This document shows, piece by piece, positions 1-8,452 of a stretch of 64,000 nt of DNA (positions are counted from its first letter, which is position 1; the number at the start of each line of letters is the position of its first letter). The stretch is from Candidatus Levyibacteriota bacterium. Its GTDB lineage: Bacteria; Patescibacteriota; Microgenomatia; Levybacterales; GWA1-39-11. The stretch is taken from assembly GCA_036788695.1 (NCBI GenBank), contig DAIQMY010000004.1:8136-72135 (forward strand), given 5' to 3'. The position numbers and the translations under genes were made by a program. A model generated the notes under the pieces. The model had not been told where the DNA came from, did no database searches, and saw only the letters and a program-made list of their open reading frames with translations.

Positions 1-383
1 CAATGGCGAAAAACAATGAGTCGCAAGCCGGTAACGGCAAGCTAATCTCTTAAATTTCGCCTCAGTTCAGATTGGGGTCTGAAATTCGACCCCATGAAGT
101 CGGAATTGGTAGTAATCGCAAATCAGCAGGTTGCGGTGAATACGTTCTCGGGTCTTGTACACACCGCCCGTCAAGGCAGCAAAGTCGGAAGCTATCGAAC
201 CCCTCACTATTGCCAGGAATGACTGTAATAAAATGAAGTCAATTAATAAAACGGCTTCACCTTACTTACGTTTATTGTCCTAAGCGATTCGTGGCTATGG
301 TGAGGGGGAGATAGAGTTCGATGATGAGGCTTAAGTCGTAACAAGGTATCCCTAGCCGAAGCTGGGGATGGATCACCTCCTTT
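1..383 (+). rRNA. rrs: 16S rRNA, 3' terminal ~380 nt (partial; 5' part lies upstream of window)
   Basis: Conserved 16S blocks: GTACACACCGCCCGTCA (158-174), AAGTCGTAACAAGGTA (333-348), GGATCACCTCCTTT anti-SD 3' end (370-383). ~159 nt lie between the 1400-region and 1492-region motifs, versus ~90 in E. coli. Confidence 0.9.
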
Positions 384-648
384 CTAAATTTTTTTTCCAC
401 CACCTTTTGGTGAGGGAAAAACAATTTCGCTCGTCCAAGCGCCTTTAAGTACAAAAGGAATGGGCAACCATTCCTACCACTTTCTAAGCATCTTTACATT
501 TTAATCTACTGGTAAAGAGAGGTATAGTTGATTTTAACTCAACTGTCCTGCTTGTGTAGTTGCCTGTAGACTGATTATTATATATAACCTTGGGATACTC
601 CTGAGGTTTTTTTGTGGCTATATTGAAAAAAACAAAGATATTTTGAGA

Positions 649-719
649 GGTACGGACGGGATTTGAACCCGTGAATGGCGGTTTTGCAGACCGCTGCGTT
701 ACCACTTCGCCACCGTACC
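649..719 (-). tRNA. tRNA-Cys (anticodon GCA), 71 nt, CCA not encoded
   Basis: Reverse complement folds as a cloverleaf: acceptor GGTACGG/CCGTACC, 3-bp D-stem GCG/CGC (typical of tRNA-Cys), anticodon stem GCGGT/ACCGC with loop CTGCAAA, T-stem ACGGG/CCCGT with T-loop TTCAAAT. Confidence 0.85.
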
Positions 720-739
720 GAGTGTATGAATTGTACCAA

Positions 740-934
740 ATGGATAGCCTTAATTCTACTGAGTGGTATAATAAATATATGAGTAAAGAAAGGGGAGCGT
801 TTTCTGAGAAAGTTAAAGTAGTAGGTGTGCTTACATCTGCCATAGGAATATTAGTATCTACAGCACCATTAATTGCATTGGGAGTATTAGCATATGTGGC
901 AGGAAATAACATGACGAATCGTCAAAAATCATAG
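740..934 (+). CDS. hypothetical small membrane protein (uncertain; the longer 671 start would overlap the tRNA)
   Basis: ORF with a hydrophobic C-terminal segment (GVLTSAIGILVSTAPLIALGVLAYVAG); its stop overlaps the start region of the next ORF. Confidence 0.2.
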   Translation: MDSLNSTEWYNKYMSKERGAFSEKVKVVGVLTSAIGILVSTAPLIALGVLAYVAGNNMTNRQKS

Positions 935-936
935 GT

Positions 937-1302
937 ATGGTAAAAATTGAAGAAGAAATATTTGAAGGTGAAATTTTTTCAGAAGAGAGTGAGCTATCCG
1001 CTTTAGATAGCCAGATTTTGGCGGGCGAATGGGAGAATTTGACTAAAAATGAATTTTATCACAAGCGTACGCGCGGCGGAAGAATTATTGCAATGCATCA
1101 GGCAATCTCAAATAGGATAAAGCAGCTTGAGAAATTATTTTATCCTTTGGTTCGAGATTATCCTGAAAAAGCTGAAAAGCTATTAGCTGAGATAAAACGA
1201 TTACGTCTGCTCCAGCAGTATTTGTTACAAGCTTATGTTTGGGAAGAGCAGGGGGAATTTGATGAGCACAGCATCCCGAGTGAAGTAAAAGACCTCATTT
1301 AA
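937..1302 (+). CDS. hypothetical protein (121 aa, acidic/coiled-coil-like)
   Basis: Intact ORF; no recognisable motif. Confidence 0.3.
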   Translation: MVKIEEEIFEGEIFSEESELSALDSQILAGEWENLTKNEFYHKRTRGGRIIAMHQAISNRIKQLEKLFYPLVRDYPEKAEKLLAEIKRLRLLQQYLLQAYVWEEQGEFDEHSIPSEVKDLI

Positions 1303-1420
1303 ATCTTTCTAAAATTGACGCGCAAAACCAAGAATACATTTAACGCAATGGTTGTAGTAGACCTAAAACTCCACGATTTAAAACTTTACCATATATTTTT
1401 ATCATATTTTTACACCTTTC

Positions 1421-1449
1421 TTGACATTTTTTTCCGCTATCGCAATAAT
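1421..1449 (+). promoter_or_regulatory. sigma70-like promoter: TTGACA-N17-AATAAT, part of a 23-nt element TTGACATTTTTTTCCGCTATCGC that recurs at 2044
   Basis: Exact 23-nt direct repeat at 1421-1443 and 2044-2066. The first copy sits ~10 nt upstream of ATG 1460. Confidence 0.4.
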
Positions 1450-1459
1450 TATTGTAGCC

Positions 1460-2023
1460 ATGAAAAATGCTATAGCGATTGAAAAAACTGTTGGAATTAC
1501 CATAGACATATTACAAGCTTTAGTTAATGGTGTAGTGGTTGCTTCAAAGGCGCTTGATAATCCTGGGATTGGTTTCATTATTGACGAGGCATATGGAGAG
1601 AAGTTTGATAAAAAAAGATTTCATAGAGTGGGCACGACAATCAAAAGACTCGAGAAGCAAGACTATGTGACATGGAAAGAGAATAATGGGGAGATGACTC
1701 TTGTTATAAATGGTAAAGGACGTAGAAAAGTTCTTGCATATGATATAAAAAATCTAAAATTAAATAAAAAAAATAAATGGGATGGAAAATTTAGAGTAAT
1801 CATATTTGACATACCTGAAAGTAAAAAAGCTGCTAGGGAAAATCTTAGAAGAAAGCTTAAGGAATTAGATTTTTATAAATTGCAGAAAAGTGTATTTATT
1901 TCTCCTTTCGAATGTAAGGACGAAATTAATTATATTAAGCATAGCTATGGAATACCTCAATATGTGAACTATATACTAGCAGCAGAAATACCAGGAATAG
2001 ATATTAAAAGATGGTTTTTATAA
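1460..2023 (+). CDS. PaaX-like regulator: N-terminal winged-helix plus C-terminal Cas2-like domain
   Basis: C-terminal region FRVIIFDIPESKKAARENLRRKLKELDFYKLQKSVFISPFEC matches the Cas2 core pattern (VxVxYDV...RLRR..K......Q.SVFEC). N-terminal segment RVGTTIKRLEKQDYVTWKENNGEMTLVINGKGRRKV looks like a wHTH wing. The track start at 1421 is TTG inside the promoter element; ATG 1460 is more likely. Confidence 0.5.
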   Translation: MKNAIAIEKTVGITIDILQALVNGVVVASKALDNPGIGFIIDEAYGEKFDKKRFHRVGTTIKRLEKQDYVTWKENNGEMTLVINGKGRRKVLAYDIKNLKLNKKNKWDGKFRVIIFDIPESKKAARENLRRKLKELDFYKLQKSVFISPFECKDEINYIKHSYGIPQYVNYILAAEIPGIDIKRWFL

Positions 2024-2043
2024 GATGTCTATTTTTATTTTGT

Positions 2044-2072
2044 TTGACATTTTTTTCCGCTATCGCGCAAAA
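2044..2072 (+). promoter_or_regulatory. second copy of the 23-nt promoter-like element (TTGACA-N17-GCAAAA, weaker -10)
   Basis: Identical 23-mer to 1421-1443; it lies upstream of the repeat-rich noncoding stretch. Confidence 0.3.
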
Positions 2073-2103
2073 AAGATCGAGATGGAGAAAGTGGAGTATA
2101 TGT

Positions 2104-2345
2104 GGGATTTTGAGATAGGCATTCGCCTCTTTCTTTAGAATTTCTACTTTGAGACCTGTAGTGGGTCGTAATGGAGTCGGACCATTCGCCTCTTTCTTAT
2201 CAGGAAAGCGTTCTACCGCTGAACTAACGACCCCCCATTACGGTCTCAAAGATTATATAGAGAGCCCATATTCGCACGTATTGTTTGAGCAGGAAAGCGT
2301 TCTACCGCTGAACATTAAGGACCTCTACGTATTTGCTCGACCTGA
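2104..2345 (+). repeat. repeat-rich noncoding region, candidate structured RNA: two copies of CATTCGCCTCTTTCTT and two of CAGGAAAGCGTTCTACCGCTGAAC, plus a long imperfect hairpin
   Basis: CATTCGCCTCTTTCTT at 2119 and 2182; CAGGAAAGCGTTCTACCGCTGAAC at 2201 and 2289. GAGACC...GGTCTC and GTCGTAATGG...CCATTACGG can pair across 2149-2241. The 73-aa ORF here is low-complexity and unconvincing. Confidence 0.35.
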
Positions 2346-2386
2346 TATTTTAACAAAAAAGCACGCATGAAGACAACAGTTCGTAT

Positions 2387-3031
2387 TTAGAGGAAAAAGA
2401 TAATAATTCCACCTATAACTGTCACTATAATTCCACCAACAATTCCTACCGTGGCCCCTATAGATCCGCTAGGTGGAATGGTAGGTTGAGCGGGTGGTGT
2501 AGTTGGGATAACTGGGTTATTAACAACTGGTGGGTTATTTACCGGTGGATTTATCACAACAGGAGGCTGCGTAGGTGTGGGTGTTCTTGTTGGTGTAGGC
2601 GTTGGTGTTGGGCTCGGCGTAGGAGTATTTATAGGAGTGGTAGGTGTGGGAGTGGCAGTAGGTGGAGTAGAACAAGAACCGGTAGCACTTCCAACGCCAC
2701 TGGATCCGCATGTATTTTTTGCTATAACCTCACACCTGTATGATTTTCCCTCTTCTGGTTGGAATGTGATAAAAGTTGCCGTGGTGTTGCCTGCGAGTAA
2801 CTGGGTATTCGTTGAGAGATCTATAATTTTATAATCATATGAAGTTGCGCCAGACACAGTGCCCCATGAACATTTTCCTCCATCTATTGGGCATGCGTTG
2901 GGAGCTTGCGATATCCGCTGAGGAGGCGTAGGTGTAGTTATCTTTTGAATAAAAAAGATTAGTGTTGGAATAATAACCACTAATGCAAGAATTCCTATAA
3001 TAAGTATTTTTTTCTTAAGTTTTGTGTTCAT
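2387..3031 (-). CDS. surface protein with Fn3-like domain, PT-rich linker and C-terminal hydrophobic anchor
   Basis: N-terminal TM (KILIIGILALVVIIPTLIFF). SWGTVSGATSYDYKI is an Fn3-type motif. TPTPTPTP linker. C-terminus GIVGGIIVTVIGGIIIFFL. Start trimmed to the internal Met. Confidence 0.5.
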   Translation of the reverse strand: MNTKLKKKILIIGILALVVIIPTLIFFIQKITTPTPPQRISQAPNACPIDGGKCSWGTVSGATSYDYKIIDLSTNTQLLAGNTTATFITFQPEEGKSYRCEVIAKNTCGSSGVGSATGSCSTPPTATPTPTTPINTPTPSPTPTPTPTRTPTPTQPPVVINPPVNNPPVVNNPVIPTTPPAQPTIPPSGSIGATVGIVGGIIVTVIGGIIIFFL

Positions 3032-3032
3032 A

Positions 3033-4016
3033 TTATTGACATACTCCTGATTGAAGCACCCCACCAACAATTATGCTAGTAAGTTTACAAATACCGCTTA
3101 TGCATTGCGAAGAAAGGGTGCACGCTGATCCTGGTTGTCCACCAGTACTTGCAGTAGTTGGTGTAGCGGTGGGAGCTTTTGTCGGAGTCGGCGTTGTTTG
3201 ATTTCCTGTTGGCGTTACAGGCGCTTCACCTATAGGTGTTGGCGTTGATGTAGGTATTGGATTGGATCCGCCATCACAGCCGATACAAGTAACAATTACC
3301 CCTACAGGAGTTCCAGGTACAGGACACGCTAATGTGGGAGTAGGAGTTCCAGGCACTTTTGTGGGTTGTGGAGTAGTTCCTGGAGGTTGAGTAACTCCCA
3401 CGGTAGGAGTTATGGTGATTTTGGGTGTTACGGTAACGCCAGGCGTAGGAGTGACTGGTGTGGTAGGGCTTGGTGTTGGTGGAGCTTCGCAATCAAAATA
3501 AAAGAAGAATGACATCTCTGTTCCATTTCTACTTCTGATAGAATCAGATTGTGTTGCGTCCGGAAGATATACATCAGGTGTTCCATCTCCTGCATATACC
3601 CTACAAGTACCACTGAAAGATCCACCTGAAAAATAAGCATTCACCTGAAGATTATCATCACAGTCTGTGCTACAACCAATTGTTTGGATATTCCCATATG
3701 CCGCAGTGCCGTCAAATGGAGAAGTGGTAGTTGAGTCTGATCTTTTTAAACATCTAACCTCTGTACAGGTAGGCGCTCCCACATCTATTCTGAAAACTTG
3801 ATTTGGAGGAATATTTTTTCCAGTTATTTTAAAATTAAGTCCTATAGAGTCTACGTAATTTTGCCCTGGATAAATTTCAGAGACAGGTACGTTTCCAGCT
3901 CCTGGACAAGTATTCCAGCTTTTTGCGCAAGCAACGTTTTCTGAAGTAGTTGTTCCTATATAATAGAGCGCAATAAAGAATACGACTCCAATAAATATTT
4001 TTGTAACTCGGTTCAT
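3033..4016 (-). CDS. secreted Cys-rich protein with PT-rich linkers
   Basis: N-terminal TM/signal, many Cys, long (P/T)n linkers, C-terminal Cys cluster. Confidence 0.45.
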   Translation of the reverse strand: MNRVTKIFIGVVFFIALYYIGTTTSENVACAKSWNTCPGAGNVPVSEIYPGQNYVDSIGLNFKITGKNIPPNQVFRIDVGAPTCTEVRCLKRSDSTTTSPFDGTAAYGNIQTIGCSTDCDDNLQVNAYFSGGSFSGTCRVYAGDGTPDVYLPDATQSDSIRSRNGTEMSFFFYFDCEAPPTPSPTTPVTPTPGVTVTPKITITPTVGVTQPPGTTPQPTKVPGTPTPTLACPVPGTPVGVIVTCIGCDGGSNPIPTSTPTPIGEAPVTPTGNQTTPTPTKAPTATPTTASTGGQPGSACTLSSQCISGICKLTSIIVGGVLQSGVCQ

Positions 4017-4017
4017 A

Positions 4018-4872
4018 TTATTTTGAACTATTGATATATTGGTTTACAGTATCATACTTTGAATCATTTGCTTCTTTAACTTGAGCCAATATGATAGATC
4101 CACCAGGTGATACTAAAACTTGAGATGTTTGTCCGGGCTTAAGCATAAAGAACGCATTTTTAAATAATGGGTTCCAGTTTGAATTTTTTGTTACGTATTC
4201 GTTTGTAAAGAGTTTTATTGTAGGATCAAAGCTTGCTGAATTTTTAACTTGATTGTAGGCTTCTTCCAGACTTTTTCCCTGGGTAGTTTGTGCGCGTATT
4301 TGATTTAATGTATCTACTGCATTACTTGTTTCTTGTTCATAGTTACTACTGAGTGGGTTTTTAAAAACGCTCACAAAATTTATTGTTCTTGAGTTAACAA
4401 CCTGTTTTTCTAGACTATCCTCTGTTTTATTTTGAACTTCTTGATAGTCAGCGTTTCCAGTAGAGGCAATTTTGGCATTTGATATCCCTGCTTTAATTGC
4501 AGCTTGTCTAATTTGAATGTTTTCTGCTGCTGCGGCTCGTAGCTTTGGATCGTTTTTTGCCTGTTCGTAATATGGCCCCCATATCTTTTGCATTTCACGA
4601 TCTACCTCAGCTTTTGTTGAAGATCCTGTGAGGGGTTTTTCTTCAACGCTTACCGTATTTTGTGTTGAAGTGTTTAGTTGATCAGATAAAAACAAAAATG
4701 CACCGACAGGAGCTATAACAAGAACCCCAATTATGACTCCTAAAACGTAAAACTTATTTGGTGAGAATTTTTTAGGAGAGGAGGGGGGAATATTTGCAGT
4801 ATTTACCATCTGGGAATTTCTTTGTTGAACGTATTTTTCGTATCTATCCTTAAATTGACTTTGTGGATCCAT
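4018..4872 (-). CDS. membrane-anchored PpiD/SurA-like chaperone or parvulin-like protein (weak)
   Basis: Single N-terminal TM. C-terminus NAFFMLKPGQTSQVLVSPGGSIILAQVKE resembles a degenerate parvulin C-terminal motif. Confidence 0.35.
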   Translation of the reverse strand: MDPQSQFKDRYEKYVQQRNSQMVNTANIPPSSPKKFSPNKFYVLGVIIGVLVIAPVGAFLFLSDQLNTSTQNTVSVEEKPLTGSSTKAEVDREMQKIWGPYYEQAKNDPKLRAAAAENIQIRQAAIKAGISNAKIASTGNADYQEVQNKTEDSLEKQVVNSRTINFVSVFKNPLSSNYEQETSNAVDTLNQIRAQTTQGKSLEEAYNQVKNSASFDPTIKLFTNEYVTKNSNWNPLFKNAFFMLKPGQTSQVLVSPGGSIILAQVKEANDSKYDTVNQYINSSK

Positions 4873-4943
4873 AATGAAATAAAACCGATAAATTCGGGTA
4901 CCTCTTTATAGTAGAGAGAATGGTAAAAAGTGTCAAGGAGAAG

Positions 4944-5912
4944 TTAATCACCTTTTCTAGTCGCAAAGCCTCGAAGAAGTATATTTAGATCCCGAGGGTC
5001 CATAACACCATTATCATTTAAGTCAGAACGTGTCTTATATTCGTCACTGCAATCTGTTCCTGCATAGCATGATAAGAGTGTTGTATAGTCATCTATGTCT
5101 AATAAATTCCATGAGGAACCCTCAGATCTGATATCACCTGAGACAAGTATTACCGGGGGAGTATTTGCAGTTGTGCTTTGTGACAATTGATGAACTCCCG
5201 GAATTGCTTTTATGAGTGAATTTGTTGCGCTTACTTTTATAGTGTAAGGTCCGCTTGTAATGTTATTGAATATTGCGTTTCCTTTATATACACCATTGTC
5301 ATAGGTAAGTGTTGCGGTTGTTTTTCCTGCCTCGTTATTTTCTCCGTCATATGCATATACGGTAAAGGGTCGGGAAGGATGTTGCGGCTCATTATTCTCA
5401 CCCAGTGCAGTGTTTGTGCCAATTCCAGGTAGGGTAATTGCAAGAGCTACCGTTGCCCCCTGTCCTGCAGCAGGAGTTGTGCTCAGAATTGGGGAGGGAG
5501 AAGGCGTAGGGGGGGTAGGCGTAGGGGTGGGAGTAACCATAATGCATTGGACGCAGTTAGTCTGATTTGGTGCGTCTGGGGAAGCTTGGCAGGATTTTGC
5601 GAAAGTTCCCTGGTAAGGACCAGAAGGAATGTATTGCCAGCAAGAGTATTGTCCAACTTCACAACGGACATGATCATCTCCACCGCAATATGTAACTAAA
5701 GCAGGGCTTGGAGAAGGGTTTTCTGAATCTGAGCTAATTTGTGTGAAATCAACTGAAGCCGCGCGTTGACGGATGTCTTGTTGTTGATTTGTGAGCATCA
5801 CTGTTACAGGAATAGAAAGAATAAGAATTATAATTACTATAGATCCTAGTATTCTTTTTTTTGAGGAGAGAAAAAGTTCCTCAAAAATACTACCAAAAGA
5901 GCTTGGATTCAT
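4944..5912 (-). CDS. secreted protein with C-terminal dockerin-like domain
   Basis: C-terminus GDIRSEGSSWNLLDIDDYTTLLSCYAG...SDLNDNGVMDPRDLNILLRGF fits the duplicated dockerin type-I Ca-binding repeat (D.N.DG.V...D...L.R). N-terminal TM followed by NQQQDIRQRAA. Confidence 0.45.
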   Translation of the reverse strand: MNPSSFGSIFEELFLSSKKRILGSIVIIILILSIPVTVMLTNQQQDIRQRAASVDFTQISSDSENPSPSPALVTYCGGDDHVRCEVGQYSCWQYIPSGPYQGTFAKSCQASPDAPNQTNCVQCIMVTPTPTPTPPTPSPSPILSTTPAAGQGATVALAITLPGIGTNTALGENNEPQHPSRPFTVYAYDGENNEAGKTTATLTYDNGVYKGNAIFNNITSGPYTIKVSATNSLIKAIPGVHQLSQSTTANTPPVILVSGDIRSEGSSWNLLDIDDYTTLLSCYAGTDCSDEYKTRSDLNDNGVMDPRDLNILLRGFATRKGD

Positions 5913-5991
5913 ATACTAATCATAGGTAGATTTTTTTCTATTTGCAAGAGCCTAGCAGAGGATATTTAAAGATAAGCATAAGGTTTTAGGC

Positions 5992-6429
5992 TTAGTCATT
6001 TGTTGTTGAAACGGTGCAGGATGCGAGGGCGTTTGGTTTATTATTTACCATGGGGTTAGATGGATCAAGAAGTGATATCTTCCAGGTAGTTTCAGGTTTA
6101 TCAAATTTATAGATTATCGTGTCTCCTTTTTTCTCAACAACTGAGTATCCATCTGCTGGCTCGATATATGGCTCAGGTGCATATGGATATGAAACTACCA
6201 ATAGTTCAGATGTTTCCCCTGGTCTTATTGTTCCAGGTGTAAAAATACATGCGGGAGTGCTATCTGCCGCTTGTTGTCGTACATCTTGCTGTTGGTTTGC
6301 AAGATAAAACGTTAAGGGTACAGCACCTAACACAAATAGCACAAAAAAAACACTAATCGTTCTTTGCGGTGAGGAAAAGAGTGCCTTTCCGAGCACATAT
6401 CCAATTGATTGTTTTACGACAACTTTCAT
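5992..6429 (-). CDS. membrane-anchored hypothetical protein sharing the NQQQD[IV]RQxAA N-terminal motif
   Basis: TM followed by YLANQQQDVRQQAA, paralogous to the N-terminus of the 4944..5912 product. Confidence 0.35.
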   Translation of the reverse strand: MKVVVKQSIGYVLGKALFSSPQRTISVFFVLFVLGAVPLTFYLANQQQDVRQQAADSTPACIFTPGTIRPGETSELLVVSYPYAPEPYIEPADGYSVVEKKGDTIIYKFDKPETTWKISLLDPSNPMVNNKPNALASCTVSTTND

Positions 6430-6552
6430 TCCTTACATATCATAGTAACGTTTTTTTTATTTTGCAAGCAGAAAATGTTACTTGCGAAATTATTAGGATT
6501 TGGATAGTATTGTTCCATACCGTTAACTTTTAATAAAGCAAGTTTTTCAATT

Positions 6553-7125
6553 ATGGTACTTTCAGATAGGGATATAAAAAAAGCGCTAGAGGAGAAGAAA
6601 ATCATTATTTCGCCACAGCCTGATATTTCAACTCAATTAGGATCTTGTTCTATAGATCTACGATTAGGAAATTTATTTAGGATTTTTGATCACAGTAAAT
6701 ATCCCTATATTGATCCATATAAAAAAGATTATGGTGCAGACATAACAAGGGAAGTAGAGCTACAGGGCACTGACCAGTTTATTATGCAGCCTGGGGATTT
6801 TGTGCTTGCCGTAACAATGGAAAAAGTGACAATTCCTGACAATTTAATGGGAAGACTAGAGGGGAGATCGTCTTTGGGGCGGATGGGAATAGTTGTTCAC
6901 TCGACTGCTTCTATTTTTGATCCCGGATGGAATGGGAAGTGTGTTTTAGAATTAGGTAATTTAGGGCGCATGGCTGTTGCCCTCACGCCTGGAATGAGGA
7001 TTTGCGCAATGACCTTTGAGGAATTAAGCTCACCATCAGAAATGCCATACAGTAAAAGACAGGATGCAAAATATGTAATGCAAGAAGGGCCATTAGAGAG
7101 TAAGATCGCGCAAGAGAGCAAGTAG
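6553..7125 (+). CDS. dcd: dCTP deaminase
   Basis: GSCSIDLRLG and GRSSLGRMGIVVHSTASIFDPGWNGKCVLE are dCTP deaminase/dUTPase family signatures. Confidence 0.8.
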   Translation: MVLSDRDIKKALEEKKIIISPQPDISTQLGSCSIDLRLGNLFRIFDHSKYPYIDPYKKDYGADITREVELQGTDQFIMQPGDFVLAVTMEKVTIPDNLMGRLEGRSSLGRMGIVVHSTASIFDPGWNGKCVLELGNLGRMAVALTPGMRICAMTFEELSSPSEMPYSKRQDAKYVMQEGPLESKIAQESK

Positions 7126-7135
7126 TAGGACAAGC

Positions 7136-7816
7136 ATGAAATATAAAGTTGATTTTAATATAGAACTTAAAAGAAATCCTTATCCTGGGACATATATTGC
7201 CCTGGAAGGAATTGATGGATCAGGGAAAACCACTCAGGCGGAAAAACTCGCTGAGTATTATAGATCCCAGGGAAAAGAAGTTGTGACAACACGTGAGCCT
7301 AGAAAAGAGGGACTTATTGGAGATTTAGTTCAAAAAGTACTTTTAGGAACAGAAAAACTGCCATCAGTTTCTTTGCAGTATCTTTTTTCTGCAGATCGTT
7401 CTGCTCATCATGAAGAGTTGGTTTTACCCGCACTTAAAGAGGGAAAGGTAGTTATTACTGATCGCTGTTTTTGGTCTGCTATTGTTTATGGGATACTTGA
7501 TAGAACTGGTGGGGAGTATGATAAAAATGATGCAGATTTACTTTTAATAACTCAGTCAATTCTTTCCATGTATCATCAGTTTACTGTTCCTGATTATTCT
7601 ATTTATCTTCAAATAAGTCTCAAAACAGCTATGGGAAGAATTACAACAAAGGATGATGAAAAAGAGATATATGAAGATGAAGGAAAGCTTGAAAAATTAA
7701 TTACAGGATATGAATTTGTTCAAAAAAAATTTTCTGAAGAAATTACAATAGTTGACGGTGAGGGAAGCGTGGGGGAAGTGACAAAAAAACTTATTGAGAG
7801 AATAAAACTCAAATAG
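7136..7816 (+). CDS. tmk: thymidylate kinase
   Basis: P-loop IALEGIDGSGKTTQ; overall dTMP kinase pattern. Confidence 0.85.
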   Translation: MKYKVDFNIELKRNPYPGTYIALEGIDGSGKTTQAEKLAEYYRSQGKEVVTTREPRKEGLIGDLVQKVLLGTEKLPSVSLQYLFSADRSAHHEELVLPALKEGKVVITDRCFWSAIVYGILDRTGGEYDKNDADLLLITQSILSMYHQFTVPDYSIYLQISLKTAMGRITTKDDEKEIYEDEGKLEKLITGYEFVQKKFSEEITIVDGEGSVGEVTKKLIERIKLK

Positions 7817-7854
7817 TACTATTAATTCTGCCCAGAAAGGTTTCGTAACATACA

Positions 7855-8394
7855 ATGATTCTAGGACCAAAAATATTATTAGATCTTGTCAAAAAGAAAA
7901 ATCTTGTTGAAAATTTAGCAGATAGAGAACTTAATAACCCGGAAGGTGCGGGATTTGACCTGCGGCTTGGAAAAGTTTTTAAGCTTCAGGGAGATTCATT
8001 TCTAGGAATAGATGAGCGGAAAACTCCAGATGTAAAGCTAGTTGCAGAGTTTGATCCCCAAAAAAAAAGCAAGATTGTTATTAAACCCGGAGAAATATAT
8101 CTAACAGAAACATATGAAAAGTTTAACATGCCTCTTGATTTAGTGGGAATTTTAAAGCCCAGGACTACGCTTCAAAGATCTGGAATTATTGCAAGAATGG
8201 CGATTGTTGACCCAGGATATAGTGGAACAGTTCATCCACTTTTATATAACGCTGGCCCTGCAACTGTGACGATTGAAATGGGTGCAAGATATATTTTCTG
8301 CATGTTTATGGAAATAAAAGGAAAAGGTTCTCAGTATAGAGGTCAATGGCAGGGAGGTCGAGTCGCCGCAACAAAGCGCGAGCGCCAAGTATAA
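7855..8394 (+). CDS. second dCTP deaminase/dUTPase-family protein (possible dUTPase or bifunctional Dcd-Dut)
   Basis: GAGFDLRLG, KPRTTLQRSGIIARMAIVDPGYSGT. The 3' coding end is unusually GC-rich. Confidence 0.65.
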   Translation: MILGPKILLDLVKKKNLVENLADRELNNPEGAGFDLRLGKVFKLQGDSFLGIDERKTPDVKLVAEFDPQKKSKIVIKPGEIYLTETYEKFNMPLDLVGILKPRTTLQRSGIIARMAIVDPGYSGTVHPLLYNAGPATVTIEMGARYIFCMFMEIKGKGSQYRGQWQGGRVAATKRERQV

Positions 8395-8452
8395 TTGCAT
8401 CAGTATTACGTATAAACTCGAATGCATACATAATGCATGCTACATAATACAT

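Noticed and set aside
272-912. Minus-strand ORFs 272..454 and 484..912, and the 5' part of plus-strand ORF 671..934
   Set aside because: They overlap the 16S rRNA 3' end, the spacer hairpins and the tRNA-Cys. They are most likely spurious translations of structural-RNA sequence.
2119-2312. Possible CRISPR array or Cas12a-type repeat (AATTTCTACT resemblance) next to the Cas2-like gene
   Set aside because: Only two copies of each repeat unit, with unequal spacings (63 and 88 nt) and no regular repeat-spacer periodicity. The Cas12a-like stem-loop (UCUAC-N4-GUAGA) is not reproduced, since the stem here is 4 bp with a 10-nt loop. No cas1 or effector is present.
2149-2370. 73-aa ORF 2149..2370 inside the repeat region
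   Set aside because: Low-complexity translation of a region dominated by direct repeats and hairpins; no start context. A noncoding role is more parsimonious.
2040-2370. tmRNA, RNase P RNA or SRP RNA in the noncoding stretch
   Set aside because: None of the conserved blocks were found: the tmRNA tRNA-like ends, the RNase P P4 element AGGAAAGUCCGGGC, the SRP domain IV GGAAGCAGCC. The similarity to AGGAAAG is partial and lacks the following CCGGGC.
2486-2834. Plus-strand ORFs 2486..2743 and 2577..2834 (Gly/Val/Arg/Cys-rich)
   Set aside because: They are antisense to the PT-linker coding region of the 2387..3070 gene. This is the typical mirror artefact of Pro/Thr codon repeats.
3274-3640. Minus-strand ORFs 3274..3492 and 3428..3640
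   Set aside because: Alternative frames inside the well-supported 3033..4016 secreted-protein gene.
8395-8452. ATGCAT palindrome triplet upstream of thyA as a defined regulatory element
   Set aside because: Very AT-rich short hexamers are expected by chance in this genome. Noted inside the thymidylate-cluster finding but not called as a feature.
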